The notes beneath the pieces were generated by a model. It searched no databases and was not told the origin of the DNA. It was given only the letters and a program-made list of their open reading frames with translations. DNA of 64,000 nucleotides from contig OZ024743.1 in assembly GCA_964016885.1 (NCBI GenBank), positions 118,544,001-118,608,000 of the forward strand. Reading direction: 5' to 3'. Shown here in pieces: positions 52,325 to 64,000 of this stretch (positions within the stretch are counted from its first letter, which is position 1; every line of letters starts with the position of its first letter). The translations under genes and the position numbers were made by a program. This DNA is from Eledone cirrhosa. Taxonomy: Eukaryota.

Positions 52325-52937
52325 TTATTTATTTATTCATATATATATATATGGCGGGGAAGCGAGAAAGAAAGAGAAGAAACAAGATAAGATTACTATC
52401 TATGAATCGCATTTCTTCACTACTACTGGTATGAAAACACGATGCTAAGATTTGGTTGCTTTAAATAGAGGAAACCACGACAGCAATATTATCCCGTTTC
52501 TCCCAACACTAAAGTGTTGGTAGAAAAGGGAGTAATATTACTGATTCTTGTGAAAACACTAGTGTGCTATAAATCGGGTTCCAGTTCTCGTTCAAATTTC
52601 TTGACCTCAACAATAGGCTCATATTAGCATCTCTTTAAGGCTACTTGATTCTTATTTTCTCTTCTTTTGTGGATATTTTCTTTATGGGTAAAAATATTTT
52701 CGTTTTCATTTTCTTTGCGATCATTCTTCAGGCATTTTTATTTCATCTTCTCGTTCTTCATTCTATTTGTTACGTTTTAGTGTGTGTTTTTTGTGTATGG
52801 GGAAGACATTTCTTTCTTTTTTACGTTTTCTTTATATTATTTTGATTATTTGTGTTTTCCTTTTCCTTCAGTTTTGTTTCAATTTCTTGCTGAGTGTCTT
52901 CCCGAGACCTAGGTAAGAGAAACTCACTGGATTATTA

Positions 52938-53120
52938 TTGGCAGTATCGGTAGAGGGTCGGAGGCCATGCTTTCTAGCATAGTTACGTCCCTTTACAGTC
53001 TAAGTTCAAATCCCGCCGAGGTTAACTTTGCCTTTCATCCTTACGGTGTCGATAAAATAAAGTACCTTAATGTACTGGGTTATTGCTGGCCTTGTGCCTA
53101 AAGTAGAAACAATTATTATT
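52938..53120 (+). mobile_element. SINE copy
   Basis: A box, B box, core and tail, inserted in (ATT)n. Confidence 0.9.
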
Positions 53121-55152
53121 ATTTTTGTTTTAGGAGTAGAATTAGTAGTAGTAATAGAAATGGTGGTGGCGGTGGTGTTTGTGATAGTAGTAGTAGTAGT
53201 AGCTAGCAGCAGCAGCAGCAGCAGCAGCGATAGCAGCAAGTACAGCAGTACCATAATTCTCAAGTTTATCATTTCATATCCATGGAATCATCTACTACAA
53301 GGAAAAAAACCGTTGCTGACTCCTATTTAATGTCTACTAAATCAACAAAAATACAAAAAAGAGAAACACAATACTAACATTAGCATTATCATCCCACTCA
53401 CCACCAGTGAAACAGCAGCAGCAACAACTAGAATAAAAAATAATTACAATAAAAAGTTCGTATACAAACCAGCAGAAATAACAAATGAAACGCTAAGTAA
53501 ACATCAGCAGTTACTAAAAAAATAGAGAAAGCAACAGTTTGCAATAACCAAAAGAACGTGAAACCCGTAAAAGTAAATACTTTAACCTCTGATCAGTGTT
53601 TAACCCCCTACAAAACTTGTGTGACCCACATTGAAGTATAGTGGTTAGCTAGGGTAGAATTCCCGCTACTATACAACCAAACATTCTAGGGCTCAGCCAA
53701 AGGTTTGATAGATTCTGTTTTTACTAACGTACTGCAGCCATTAGCCCACTTACGTGATCATCCTTTATTCTATTTATGATATCAAAATGGTCTTTGTAAA
53801 GCTGCGAATTGGCATAGTCAATGGAGATGTGGATAGAATATTTTGAGGTATTTGTTCCGACTCTCCGCGCTCTAAGCAAAAATCACACCCAGTTTAACTT
53901 TATATAAATTATGACTCAAGAATTGACATTGGTTTATTCTTTATCTTTCACTCTGTCTTTCTCTGTTTCTCTCCCACTCTCTCATTCCCCTTCCTCTTGA
54001 TCGCTTACTTTTCTTCAGATAGTTAAACAGAAGGGCCAATGTACATGTACGTATTTATCGAAAGAGAGATAGTGTGAGTGTGCCTATGAGAGAGAGAGAG
54101 AGAGAGAGAGAAAGAGGGGGGGGGGGGGGGGCAGAGACACCTAGCTTATAATACGTGTAGCTTTTTGGTTAATAAAAGACATGATTAAATTCAGTTAACT
54201 CATATAGATTAAACTGTCCATCTCCATCTACCTGGAATTGCTATCGTGAGGCTTCATCAATGCATGCAACAGAATACTTGGGAATTAAACAGTTAATAAA
54301 AGATACGTTGGAGTGAAATGATATTTCTTGATGGGGAAAGGTAATTGTAATGCATGCATAATTATTCACTTGTTAGTTTTCTTATATTTCTCTTTATTCA
54401 AACATCTATCCAAGTTAATCATCAATATGTATATATTTAACGAAACGAGAGATGATACAAATTTATTCGTGTCTTGCAGGCGCAACTCTGAAAGTTAAAA
54501 TGAAAACTTGCAATGGCGGTTGTCTAGACATAATTTTCTTTTAGTGCTACACATAATTTGAATAGGAACAATGTTTGTGTGCGTATTCCATTTTCCTGGC
54601 TCTTTCAAATTTGTGAAGAAATGGGGCCGTCAGACATCGGTAACCAGCTTCCAACATAAATAAATTTCATAGATGAAGATGTGAACAGCGGAATATAGAG
54701 GGTCGACAACGATGTAGTCTGATAGACGTAAATGCCAGGAATCTGCAGATTACCAGCCACAGCTATAGGCATTAATTGAATTTAATATGTTCTTTTCTTT
54801 GTATTAAACGTAATGTAGTAGCTAAAGTTTAACAATAGTGACTGCAAAATGCTTCTCTCTAACTAACAAATACGTACACGAATGAATCAACCAACCAACC
54901 GAAAGTCACCATTCTCAGTACGTAATCAACTAGCTTATTTGAAATTTTTTCACGGGGAGAACTGATTAACGAAGCCTAATGACACGGCTTATTCAAAAAC
55001 TGACAAGGTGCAAGGGAAATACATTAAGATGACCAACGTTGCATTTATACTGTAGAAGAAAAATATGCCTTTACATTAGGCCAGAGCAATAAACGAAATT
55101 CTGTGAATATATGAATTTTAAGTATATATATATATATATATACATACATATA

Positions 55153-55217
<65 letters not shown>

Positions 55218-55414
55218 GTGTGTGAATGTGTGGGTGGGTGTAAGGGGTGTAAGTGTGTGGGTGAGTGCGTATGTGTGTACGTGCGTGTGTGTGCCCGCAC
55301 CGAAATACATGTGTTAAAAGAAACTGAATGATATATATGTACACACACACACACACAGACACACACAGACACACACACACACATACACACACACACATAC
55401 ACACACGCACGCAC

Positions 55415-55516
<102 letters not shown>

Positions 55517-55846
55517 TTATTTATATAAAGAGAAGCAGAGAAAGTACAAAACATTGGAGAGAGGCTATAGCTGTTTATTTCCCACCGAATTCTTGAGGTG
55601 TTCCAGGCATAAGTTCCATTCTCACTGTTGTATCCCCACCATAAAGATAGGCCGTTTTCGTTAATCAAGCAATAGTTTCAATAATGGCGTTCTTTGAGAA
55701 AGTTTCCTAGATGTTCTGCCGAAGACAGAAAAGTATTTTACCATCTGTGAATATCTGAAAGAGCCGCCAGTTGGACGGCACATCTTTTACTTATTATTCT
55801 TCAGAGTTTCTAGATTTCATGTAGTTTTCTTTGGAGTTATATATTT

Positions 55847-55970
<124 letters not shown>

Positions 55971-56275
55971 TTCTGTATGAGTGTGTGTATATGTGCGTAT
56001 GTGTGTGAGTGTGTGTGTGTGTGTGCCTATGTGTCTGTGTTCGTGTGCGTGTATGCATATATATATATATACACACAGACACAACACAGACACAACACAC
56101 ATATGAGTGTGTGTTCGCATGTATGTAGGTATTGCAATTAAACATTCCTCTTGCAATTTCTTCTACAAACCACACATTAGACAACTATGTTTCAGCATGT
56201 CTGCCTGTTTCACTTTTTCTGTCGCTCCCCGTAACTATGTATGTAGTATGTATGTATGTATATATGTATGCATGC

Positions 56276-56309
<34 letters not shown>

Positions 56310-57084
56310 CATGCACATACACTAACTCACCAAAACACAGAGACAGCGACAATCAGGCACACACACGTGTGCGTATGTTTGTATGTGTGTGAGTGCATGG
56401 GTGTGTCTGTACGTGTGTGTTTGTGTGTGTTAGTTGTATTTACGTGTGCCTATATATATATATATATATATGAATGAATAATTTCGTGCGTATGTACATA
56501 GATACATACATGCATATTTACGTACATAGAGACAGACATACCTATTCACTTACCTACCTACCTACCTACATACCTTCATACATACATACACACATTCATA
56601 CATTTATACATTTATACATGCATACATACATACGTACAAACATAATCACACATACATATACATAAACACCCGTACGCTAAACAAAAATTGAAACATCTCA
56701 GTTATATTTTCGGCTTCTCAAAAGTAATTTTGAATAATTTAGGATGAACTCCTGTTGTGTTGAGATCTAACTTGTTAGCTCAGAAGCTTCTGTCTAACAC
56801 ATGAAACAGCAACAAACAAAACTAAGATAAATCGGAATAGAAACTAAAAGAGAATAAAAGTAGAGGAACGGGGAGGGCTGAGAAAAGACGAAGGTGGAGA
56901 AATAGAAGAAAAAGTATGATAATAACAAAAGCAATGACTGCACCAGCTCTATGAAGTATAACAAATATTGAAGAAGAAAATACAAAATAAAAGGAAAAAT
57001 ACCCTATCACTTCTATCATAAACAGAAGCCCATGAAGAGTTCAATATTTCGACCACAGTAATTAACTAGTAGTTATATTAACGA

Positions 57085-57783
57085 CTCCAGAGAATGAAAG
57101 GCAAAGTTAACATAGACAGGATTTGAACTTACAGCAAAATTTGTCAGATCCTCAAACGTTTCTACTAATACCCACATTAATAATTGTTTCTACTTTTGGC
57201 ACAAGGCCCGCAATTATCCCAATGTACTTTATTTTATCGACCCCGAAAGGAGGAAAGGCAAAGTTAACCTCGGCGGGTTTGAACTCAGATCGTAAAAGAG
57301 CGTAACTCTATGCTGCAAAGCATGGCGTCCGACCCTCTACCGAAACTGCCAATTCACCGCCCATTCTTGCATTCATAATGATTTTTGATATATGCACGAG
57401 GCCAACACATTTAGGGGAAGGGAAAGTCAATCGAAGCTACCCGGTGCGTTAATGGTACTATATTTTATCGACCCCGCAAGGATGAAATGCAAAGCTAACT
57501 TCGGCAAGATTTGAATTCAGAGCGTAAAAAGACAACTATATTGTGCACAACATGGTGTCCGACTCTCTAACCAATACTGCCAATCCGCCCACTCTATTCT
57601 CGTATTAATAATTGTTTCTACTTTTGGCACAAGGTCAGCAATTACCCAGTACATTACTGGTACTTTATTTTATCGGCCCCGTAAGGATGAAAGGCAAAGT
57701 TAACATCGACGGGATTTGAACTCAGACCGTAAAGGAACGTAACTATGCTAGAAAGCATGGCGTCCAACCCTCTACCCATACTG
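57085..57783 (-). mobile_element. Cluster of four SINE copies of different ages
   Basis: About 57085-57170, 57178-57362, 57375-57590 and 57607-57783. Confidence 0.85.
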
Positions 57784-58993
57784 AATGATTTCTGATTTAG
57801 GCATTGAGACAATAATTTGTATTTGATTATGTTGTCCCCAGTAGTTGACTGTTTCTTTTTTGTTTTTCTGTTGTTTTTTTTTTTGTATTTATATTAGTCT
57901 GTATTAATAGCATTTATAAACGTAGCTACGTACTGAGATCCATTTTGCCTAGCGTGGCACAAAACTGCTTCCATTGTCTTTTTCAATACTAAAGTCGATT
58001 ATATCGACGCTGGTTCTGGTCAAAGAAAATGATAATATTAGAAAACTATTAATATTTTGTTTACATAGCATAATTTGTCCATGTATTGACTTCTCAGATA
58101 TCAATTTACCTCACACTAAAATGCGAAAAAAAAAAAAAAATAACGAGAATATGGTTTGAATTCAGTCTTCAAATTGGAATACGTAAACACATGCGAACTA
58201 ACACAAATCAGTCGTTCATTTATTATATTTCATTCATTCGCAGTAGTGTTAGAGCAACGGTAAAAATGATGCAACGTATTGGTTTCACGGCCAACGTCAT
58301 CTTTGTTATTTATTATCGGTGAATCGATAAAATAACGTACCAGTCACGGCAATATTCTGCAATGTGATCCTAACGCACAAAGTTACATTGCCCGAGGAGG
58401 ATGATGGACTGAGGTTAGGGGGGGGGGCGGGTAATGAATGGCTTTCTTCACTCATCCTACGTGTTTTGTTTCTTTTGCGTGCAACTTTTATATATATATA
58501 TATATATGTATGTATTGTGAAGAAAATCATATATCCCCTCCACTCAAGCCGCACACCCATCCGGGCAAGCAACTTTGTGTATTAATTACCATGGTATTAC
58601 AGAATATTAAGCGGTAAACGCTCAACGCCATGGACATCATCAGGTATTACGGATATGGTATCAAATTGAGTATCAATATTTAGAAAGATGGAGCCGGTTT
58701 CACATATTCATCTTCAGTTCATTATATAACACCTTTTATGTATATTTCAAAGGCATCAAATGGCCATTATGTAAACGTTATCCAATGCGATGTCATCAGA
58801 TAGGTGATTAAATGTAATATATATATATATATATATCAAGTAAGAATATTTTCTAAACAGCGAGTTGGTTTGAAATTATTAGAAATCTAGGCTATCGCCG
58901 TATTTTGACTAAAGAAATTAAAGAAATTATTTAGCCTGATAAGAACCTGATAAGAACCCTCGAAGAAATGGAAAAAGATGAGTATTGACGTAC

Positions 58994-59034
<41 letters not shown>

Positions 59035-59035
59035 G

Positions 59036-59092
<57 letters not shown>

Positions 59093-59505
59093 CATGTGTG
59101 TATCTGTGTGTGTATTGTGTGTGTCTGTGTGTGTGTGTATTGGTTTTTGATATGCCTGCCATTTATATACTTCACTTTTGTATTCATTTTGCAGGATTTT
59201 TGATGTGGAATCATGTATTAAAACCGGTAATGTTACATTTTGGGAGAGATCTGCAGCAACAAAACACAACCAAATCTATTATTATTCAATTAACAAATCT
59301 ATTTCTCAATTGGTTGCATAAGCTGATAGTTATTTAATGGTAAACGCTCTTTAGTCACACATTCACAATAAACATTTTGACTCTCCGTGTCTCCTCTTCG
59401 CTTTGATTTTCTTCTAGTTATGAAATTTTGCATTCCTTGGTGTATATAGTATGTGCTTATATTCACAGCTGCGTGTGTATACACCCATGTACGCGTGTTT
59501 GTGTT

Positions 59506-59536
<31 letters not shown>

Positions 59537-60156
59537 CTTAATATATTTCTTTTCACGAGAGCCTGAAATTCAAAGTTCGCCCCGGCGGTGTTTGAATTCA
59601 AAGGGTAAAAATATGGAACAAATACCACAAAGCCTTTGTCCGACCCTCTAACGATTCTGCTAATACACCAAATATCATATAGACATATATAAGTAGTGTG
59701 AAGAGTGTTTAATGTAAGAGAAAACATGAGTAAGTCGGAGGAGTATAGAACATTTTCTTCCTGTGAAGATGGGAAATTGAAAGATATTCTAACTTAGAGA
59801 GTGATATTTTGGTCAACGAGAAAAGCAGAACTCCAGTGTGGTAAAACAGCTATAGATATAATATACCGACAAAACTGTTTGATATGGGTCTTGATATGCA
59901 TCATTAACTCACACAGATCTTTCAAGCTGGAGGAGTCGGAAGAAGCGACCAATGATCTTATAGCAATCCCTATCTTAAACATGCGGCCAATATGTTTTAG
60001 TATTCTTTTCAGATTTCTTTCACTCTTTTTCTCATTTTCTCTACATCTCTATACTTCTTTCATTTTTAACCTTTCTCTTCATTCCTTTTTTCTTCCGCTC
60101 TTTCTCTTACTATAGCGTCTCCCTCATCCATTCGATCTTTTTTACTTTCTCCCTCC

Positions 60157-60202
<46 letters not shown>

Positions 60203-60456
60203 ATATATGAAGGAATTTGTTTGATTTGGGTGTCTGGTGTGTGCGCGTTGAGTGTGTATGTGTTCGTAGCCTTTGTTTTCTATGGTATTTAGTTGTTCGG
60301 TGCTATAAGCTATTTTATAGCATTTGTATTCTCATAGCACCTATCTATCTTTTAATGTAATATATCTGCCAACATATATATATGTGTGTGTATTTGACTC
60401 TGTGTGTGCATGATTTATATGCATGCACGCACACGCACGCACGCACACGCACGCAC

Positions 60457-60604
<148 letters not shown>

Positions 60605-61094
60605 CTGTGTGTATGTGTGTTTCCAAGGTTGTCATGTCGAGATGTGTTAGTGGGTAAAAGTATCCGCTAACTGAAAAGTGCTTTTCATGGAATGCGTCTC
60701 ACGCATCTTCATACAACGAAGTCTAAATAATAGAATTTAAGTGAGCCTGCTATTTATGTCCGGTGTGCTGTTTTCCCGCTGGGATTTAATGGCCACGGAG
60801 AGTCCTGAAATCTTAAATTTTGTGCTTGTGATGTCTTGAAATTGTCACCCTAGCAAGGCATTTCCTCCAAGCGAGGGAGGACCCTAATTTCAAACTGAAA
60901 AGAGATACCCACCCAAATGAAGAAAAAGGAATAAACCCTGCGGACATTTGGCATGAGAACTAACTATTTTGAAAGACAGAGCCTGGAACTTAGCATCTAT
61001 AAATTGTCTTGGATAAATTTGCTTGACATAGATCTGTTCTATGTAAATTACGTTTAGAATACGTTTTGAATACAACAATAAATAATATGTACAC

Positions 61095-61620
61095 AACGGC
61101 TGATTAGCCTCATTTGCTTAGCAGCGGATAGAATACACAATCTTGATATGGGGCAAAACACTCTGAAACAATTTTCGATTGTTTTCTCCCAGATACCACT
61201 GGAATAAAAGAATGACGTTGTCATCTAACATGGGGTGTTTTACGAGGCTGTTTACTTGTAAACAAACCGAATATTAATAATATAATATATTATATATTAT
61301 TTTTCACCCACGAATAAATTTAGGTACCAACCATTTTAAGAGCTAAAACAAATTTTGTTTTTTTTAATTTTCGGCAAAGCCGGCCGTAAAATCACTCGAT
61401 ATGCAAATGAGATTAATCAGCCGATGTATACATTTAATAATTCTATGTATCTTCAGCAGTTCCAGTGGCTAACAGCGAGCAGTACACTCAATCTTGATAA
61501 TAAGTAAAAAAACTCCGAGCAATTGTCGATTTTTTATCTCTCAGCTACCGCTGGAACAAAAGGTTGACGTTGCCATTTAACACGTAGTGTTTATGAGGCT
61601 GTTTACTTGGGAGACAACTT
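61095..61620 (+). mobile_element. Older retrozyme-like family R2, related to R1: about 1.5 tandem units of 351 bp with a short inverted 5' piece
   Basis: Repeats at about 61122-61268 and 61473-61618. Shares blocks with R1. Decayed hammerheads at 61139-61180 and 61490-61531. Confidence 0.68.
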
Positions 61621-61682
61621 TGAAAATTAATTAGAAATAGCTGGTCGTATTACTACGTAGTGGCTTCGTAGTTCGTTAGCAG

Positions 61683-62131
61683 TTTTTTTTTTTGTTTTTT
61701 TTGTTTTTTTTTTTGTATTTACGATATTTGATTTATTAAAGGTGTTATATCAGATGGAAGAATGGTATTTAACTAATGTATTGGTACGCGATGGAGCCCA
61801 CCCACAGCCCCGGCGGACAGAATGGAGAAGGCGTTTCCCAGAAGGACGGCAAGGGAGACGCGCTGGAAAAGCCACTCCAACTCGCGGGGCTCACACCTGC
61901 GGCTGGCCAGCTCAGCGCCTATAGTGGTGAGTAAGGAGGTAGCCCTGGGGCCGAAGACACCAGAAGTCTCCACTGCCAGGGGTACAACCGCAAACCTGTC
62001 GGAGAGCAACATGTATTTGAGGAGTTTGGCCCCCCTCATCCCGACGTGCAGCAGAACCTGGGTCAGTCGCAGACTGCACCAGGTTGCGGCTGCAGAAAGT
62101 GTCGGTGCAAGTGGCATCCCAGAAACCAAAT
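61683..62131 (-). pseudogene. 3' end of a CRE-like non-LTR retrotransposon (RLE domain) with an A-rich tail
   Basis: K..KY..L..RF.VVPLAVETSGVFGP.A...EPRE..WLFQRVSLAV..GNA.SIL. A T-rich tract at 61683-61715 on +. Confidence 0.78.
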
Positions 62132-62134
62132 ATT

Positions 62135-62327
62135 AATAATAATTGTTTCTACTTTTGGTACAAGGCCAGCAATTACCAAGTACATTACTGGTACTTTATT
62201 TTATCGACCCCGTAAGGATGAAAGGCAAATTTAACCTCGGCGGGATTTGAATTCAGTCCGTAAAGGGACGTAACTCTATACTGGAAAGCATGCCGTCCGA
62301 CTCTCTTCCGATACTGCCAACCCACCG
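62135..62327 (-). mobile_element. SINE copy
   Basis: A box, B box, core and tail. Confidence 0.9.
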
Positions 62328-62373
62328 TTTGATAATAATATGATATGATTGTAATATTATTATTCACTCAGGA

Positions 62374-62423
<50 letters not shown>

Positions 62424-62732
62424 ATATATATATATATATAGGGAGTGTAACTTGGAGTTACTGCAGGTTCACCCGGGTGAGCACTCGATGTTTAGGTTCA
62501 CTTCTGTGTTGAGGTGTAGAGCTATACAGTGTGTAATATATTGAAAGGATAACAAGGACGATTGGTTACTCCTTCATTACATTTATTGGTAAATGTAATG
62601 AAGGAGTAACCAATTGTCCTTGTTATCCTTTCAATATATATATATATATAGTTTAATAAATGAATAGAGAACAAAAAACAGAGAGGCAGTCCAAATGATA
62701 TTTTTTTAGTTTCACGCTTGAGAGTGAGGGGT

Positions 62733-62772
62733 GGAGGACGACGTTTCTGGCATAGGCCCTTCATCAGGAGAA
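62733..62772 (-). ncRNA. Minimal hammerhead motif (family R4)
   Basis: ctc-CTGATGA-a-gggc-ctat-gcca-GAAA-cg-TC-gt. Confidence 0.62.
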
Positions 62773-62980
62773 CAGAACAGAGGGTAGGAAGAGAGTTCCG
62801 AGGGTGTGTGGGGGAGTGGTGGAAAGACATTTTAAAAAAAAGGGGGGGGGGAGAAGGGATGAAAAACAATTTTTTTAGAGAGTAAAGGAAATTATTTAAA
62901 AGTACAAATAAAAATAAAAATAAATATATATTCTTTGCTTAAATTTTAATCTGTTATTTCAATATATATATATATATATA

Positions 62981-63034
62981 TGTAAGTATGTATGTATACG
63001 TACATACATATATGTATACAGACGTACAGTAGCA

Positions 63035-63110
<76 letters not shown>

Positions 63111-63826
63111 CAGGTACACATACATATATGTACGTATCAGTTTAGCGGACGCTTATGTTAACGCTCGCTTTGTTCATTTGTAAACAAACTGAACAGCCTG
63201 AATTTATGCCGTACGGTGTTAAGGCAACCACGTCACCTTTTTGTTCAACACTGATACAGAAACGATGTACTAGTTTCAAGCTTGTTAGCTATCATCAGCA
63301 CCGTATACCCTTCTGCCAGATGGTTGAACGTTCGAAAGTATATACTTTCCTTATGAAAATTAACGGCTGAGCAGCCTAATTTGCATATCGAGTGAGTTCA
63401 GTCGGCCAGGCGTACCGAAAACGATAAGTTGTAATAAAATGAAAACGAAATTTCATTTCTCACTCTTAGTACGGCACTTACTTAAATGTAAGTATGTATG
63501 TATACGTACATACATATATGTATCAAGACGTACAGTATTGAACAAAAAGGTGACGTGGTTGCCTTAACACCGTACGGCATAAATTCAGGCTGTTCAGTTT
63601 GTTTACAAACGAACAAAGCGAGCGTTAACATAAGCGTCCGCTAAACTGATACGTACATATATGTATGTGTACCTGTATGTATATATATATAAATATATAT
63701 ATATATATGCATGCTACTGTACGTCTGTATACATATATGTATGTACGTATACATACATACTTACATTTAAGTAAGTGCCGTACTAAGAGTGAGAAATGAA
63801 ATTTCGTTTTCATTTTATTACAACTT
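62981..63826. mobile_element. Second family R1 insertion: about 1.1 units (506 bp) on minus plus an inverted partial copy (63538-63826)
   Basis: Homologous to 1-859. TGTAAGTATGTATG recurs at 62981 and 63487. It ends in CAACTT + (AT)n. Confidence 0.82.
63262..63304 (-). ncRNA. Minimal type I hammerhead ribozyme (family R1)
   Basis: acggtg-CTGATGA-tagctaacaagctt-GAAA-ctag-TA-catcgt, identical to 448-490. Confidence 0.8.
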
Positions 63827-64000
63827 ATATATATATATATATGTAGGAGGTGAGTTTTATTGTAGTACAATAAAGCAATGCAGATATCGGATAAGAAGCA
63901 CTCTACAGTTTGTGGGACTGGAGTATGCATAATATAAGATCAAAAGATGGTTAAAGGAGTTCCATATATTTTATTATGCGCATTTCAAAAACAAACATCA

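Noticed and set aside
54470-54775. Possible host exon in unique sequence
   Set aside because: The frames I read are short and closed with no recognisable protein. It cannot be supported without RNA-seq.
60660-61085. Possible decayed PLE thumb/endonuclease fragment on minus (YPRQFID, GKT)
   Set aside because: There are too few motifs to call by eye. tBLASTn against PLE proteins would decide.

Overview
Animal non-coding or intronic DNA, very rich in (TA)n, (CA)n and (TACA)n microsatellites. The tRNA-derived SINE with a Deu/Nin-type central domain and the repeat landscape suggest a cephalopod such as Octopus, which is an inference. I found no host gene; nearly all short ORFs in the track are microsatellite translations. 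The window is dominated by Penelope-like elements (PLEs) of at least three families. Family A is a 5'-truncated copy with an inverted pseudo-LTR (3.2-6.7 kb). Family B is a very young head-to-tail array (11.5-21.3 kb) with two intact 1209-aa RT/GIY-YIG ORFs. Family C is a full-length frameshifted copy (23.8-27.3 kb). There is also a mariner, non-autonomous Helitron pieces, RTE, Tx1-like, HERO-like and CRE-like LINE relics, and about 16 SINE copies. The most interesting signal is non-coding. Reading by eye, I find about 12 type I hammerhead ribozyme (HHR) motifs with an intact or singly substituted core and about 10 decayed ones. They lie in the PLE pseudo-LTRs and also in several ORF-less 350-530 bp circularly permuted, tandem or inverted elements inserted in (TA)n. 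These look like non-autonomous retrozyme families mobilised by PLEs. Two related families keep the hammerhead architecture with entirely different stem sequences and share an upstream ATGCAAAT octamer. All folds were done by eye, and the boundaries of decayed elements are approximate.
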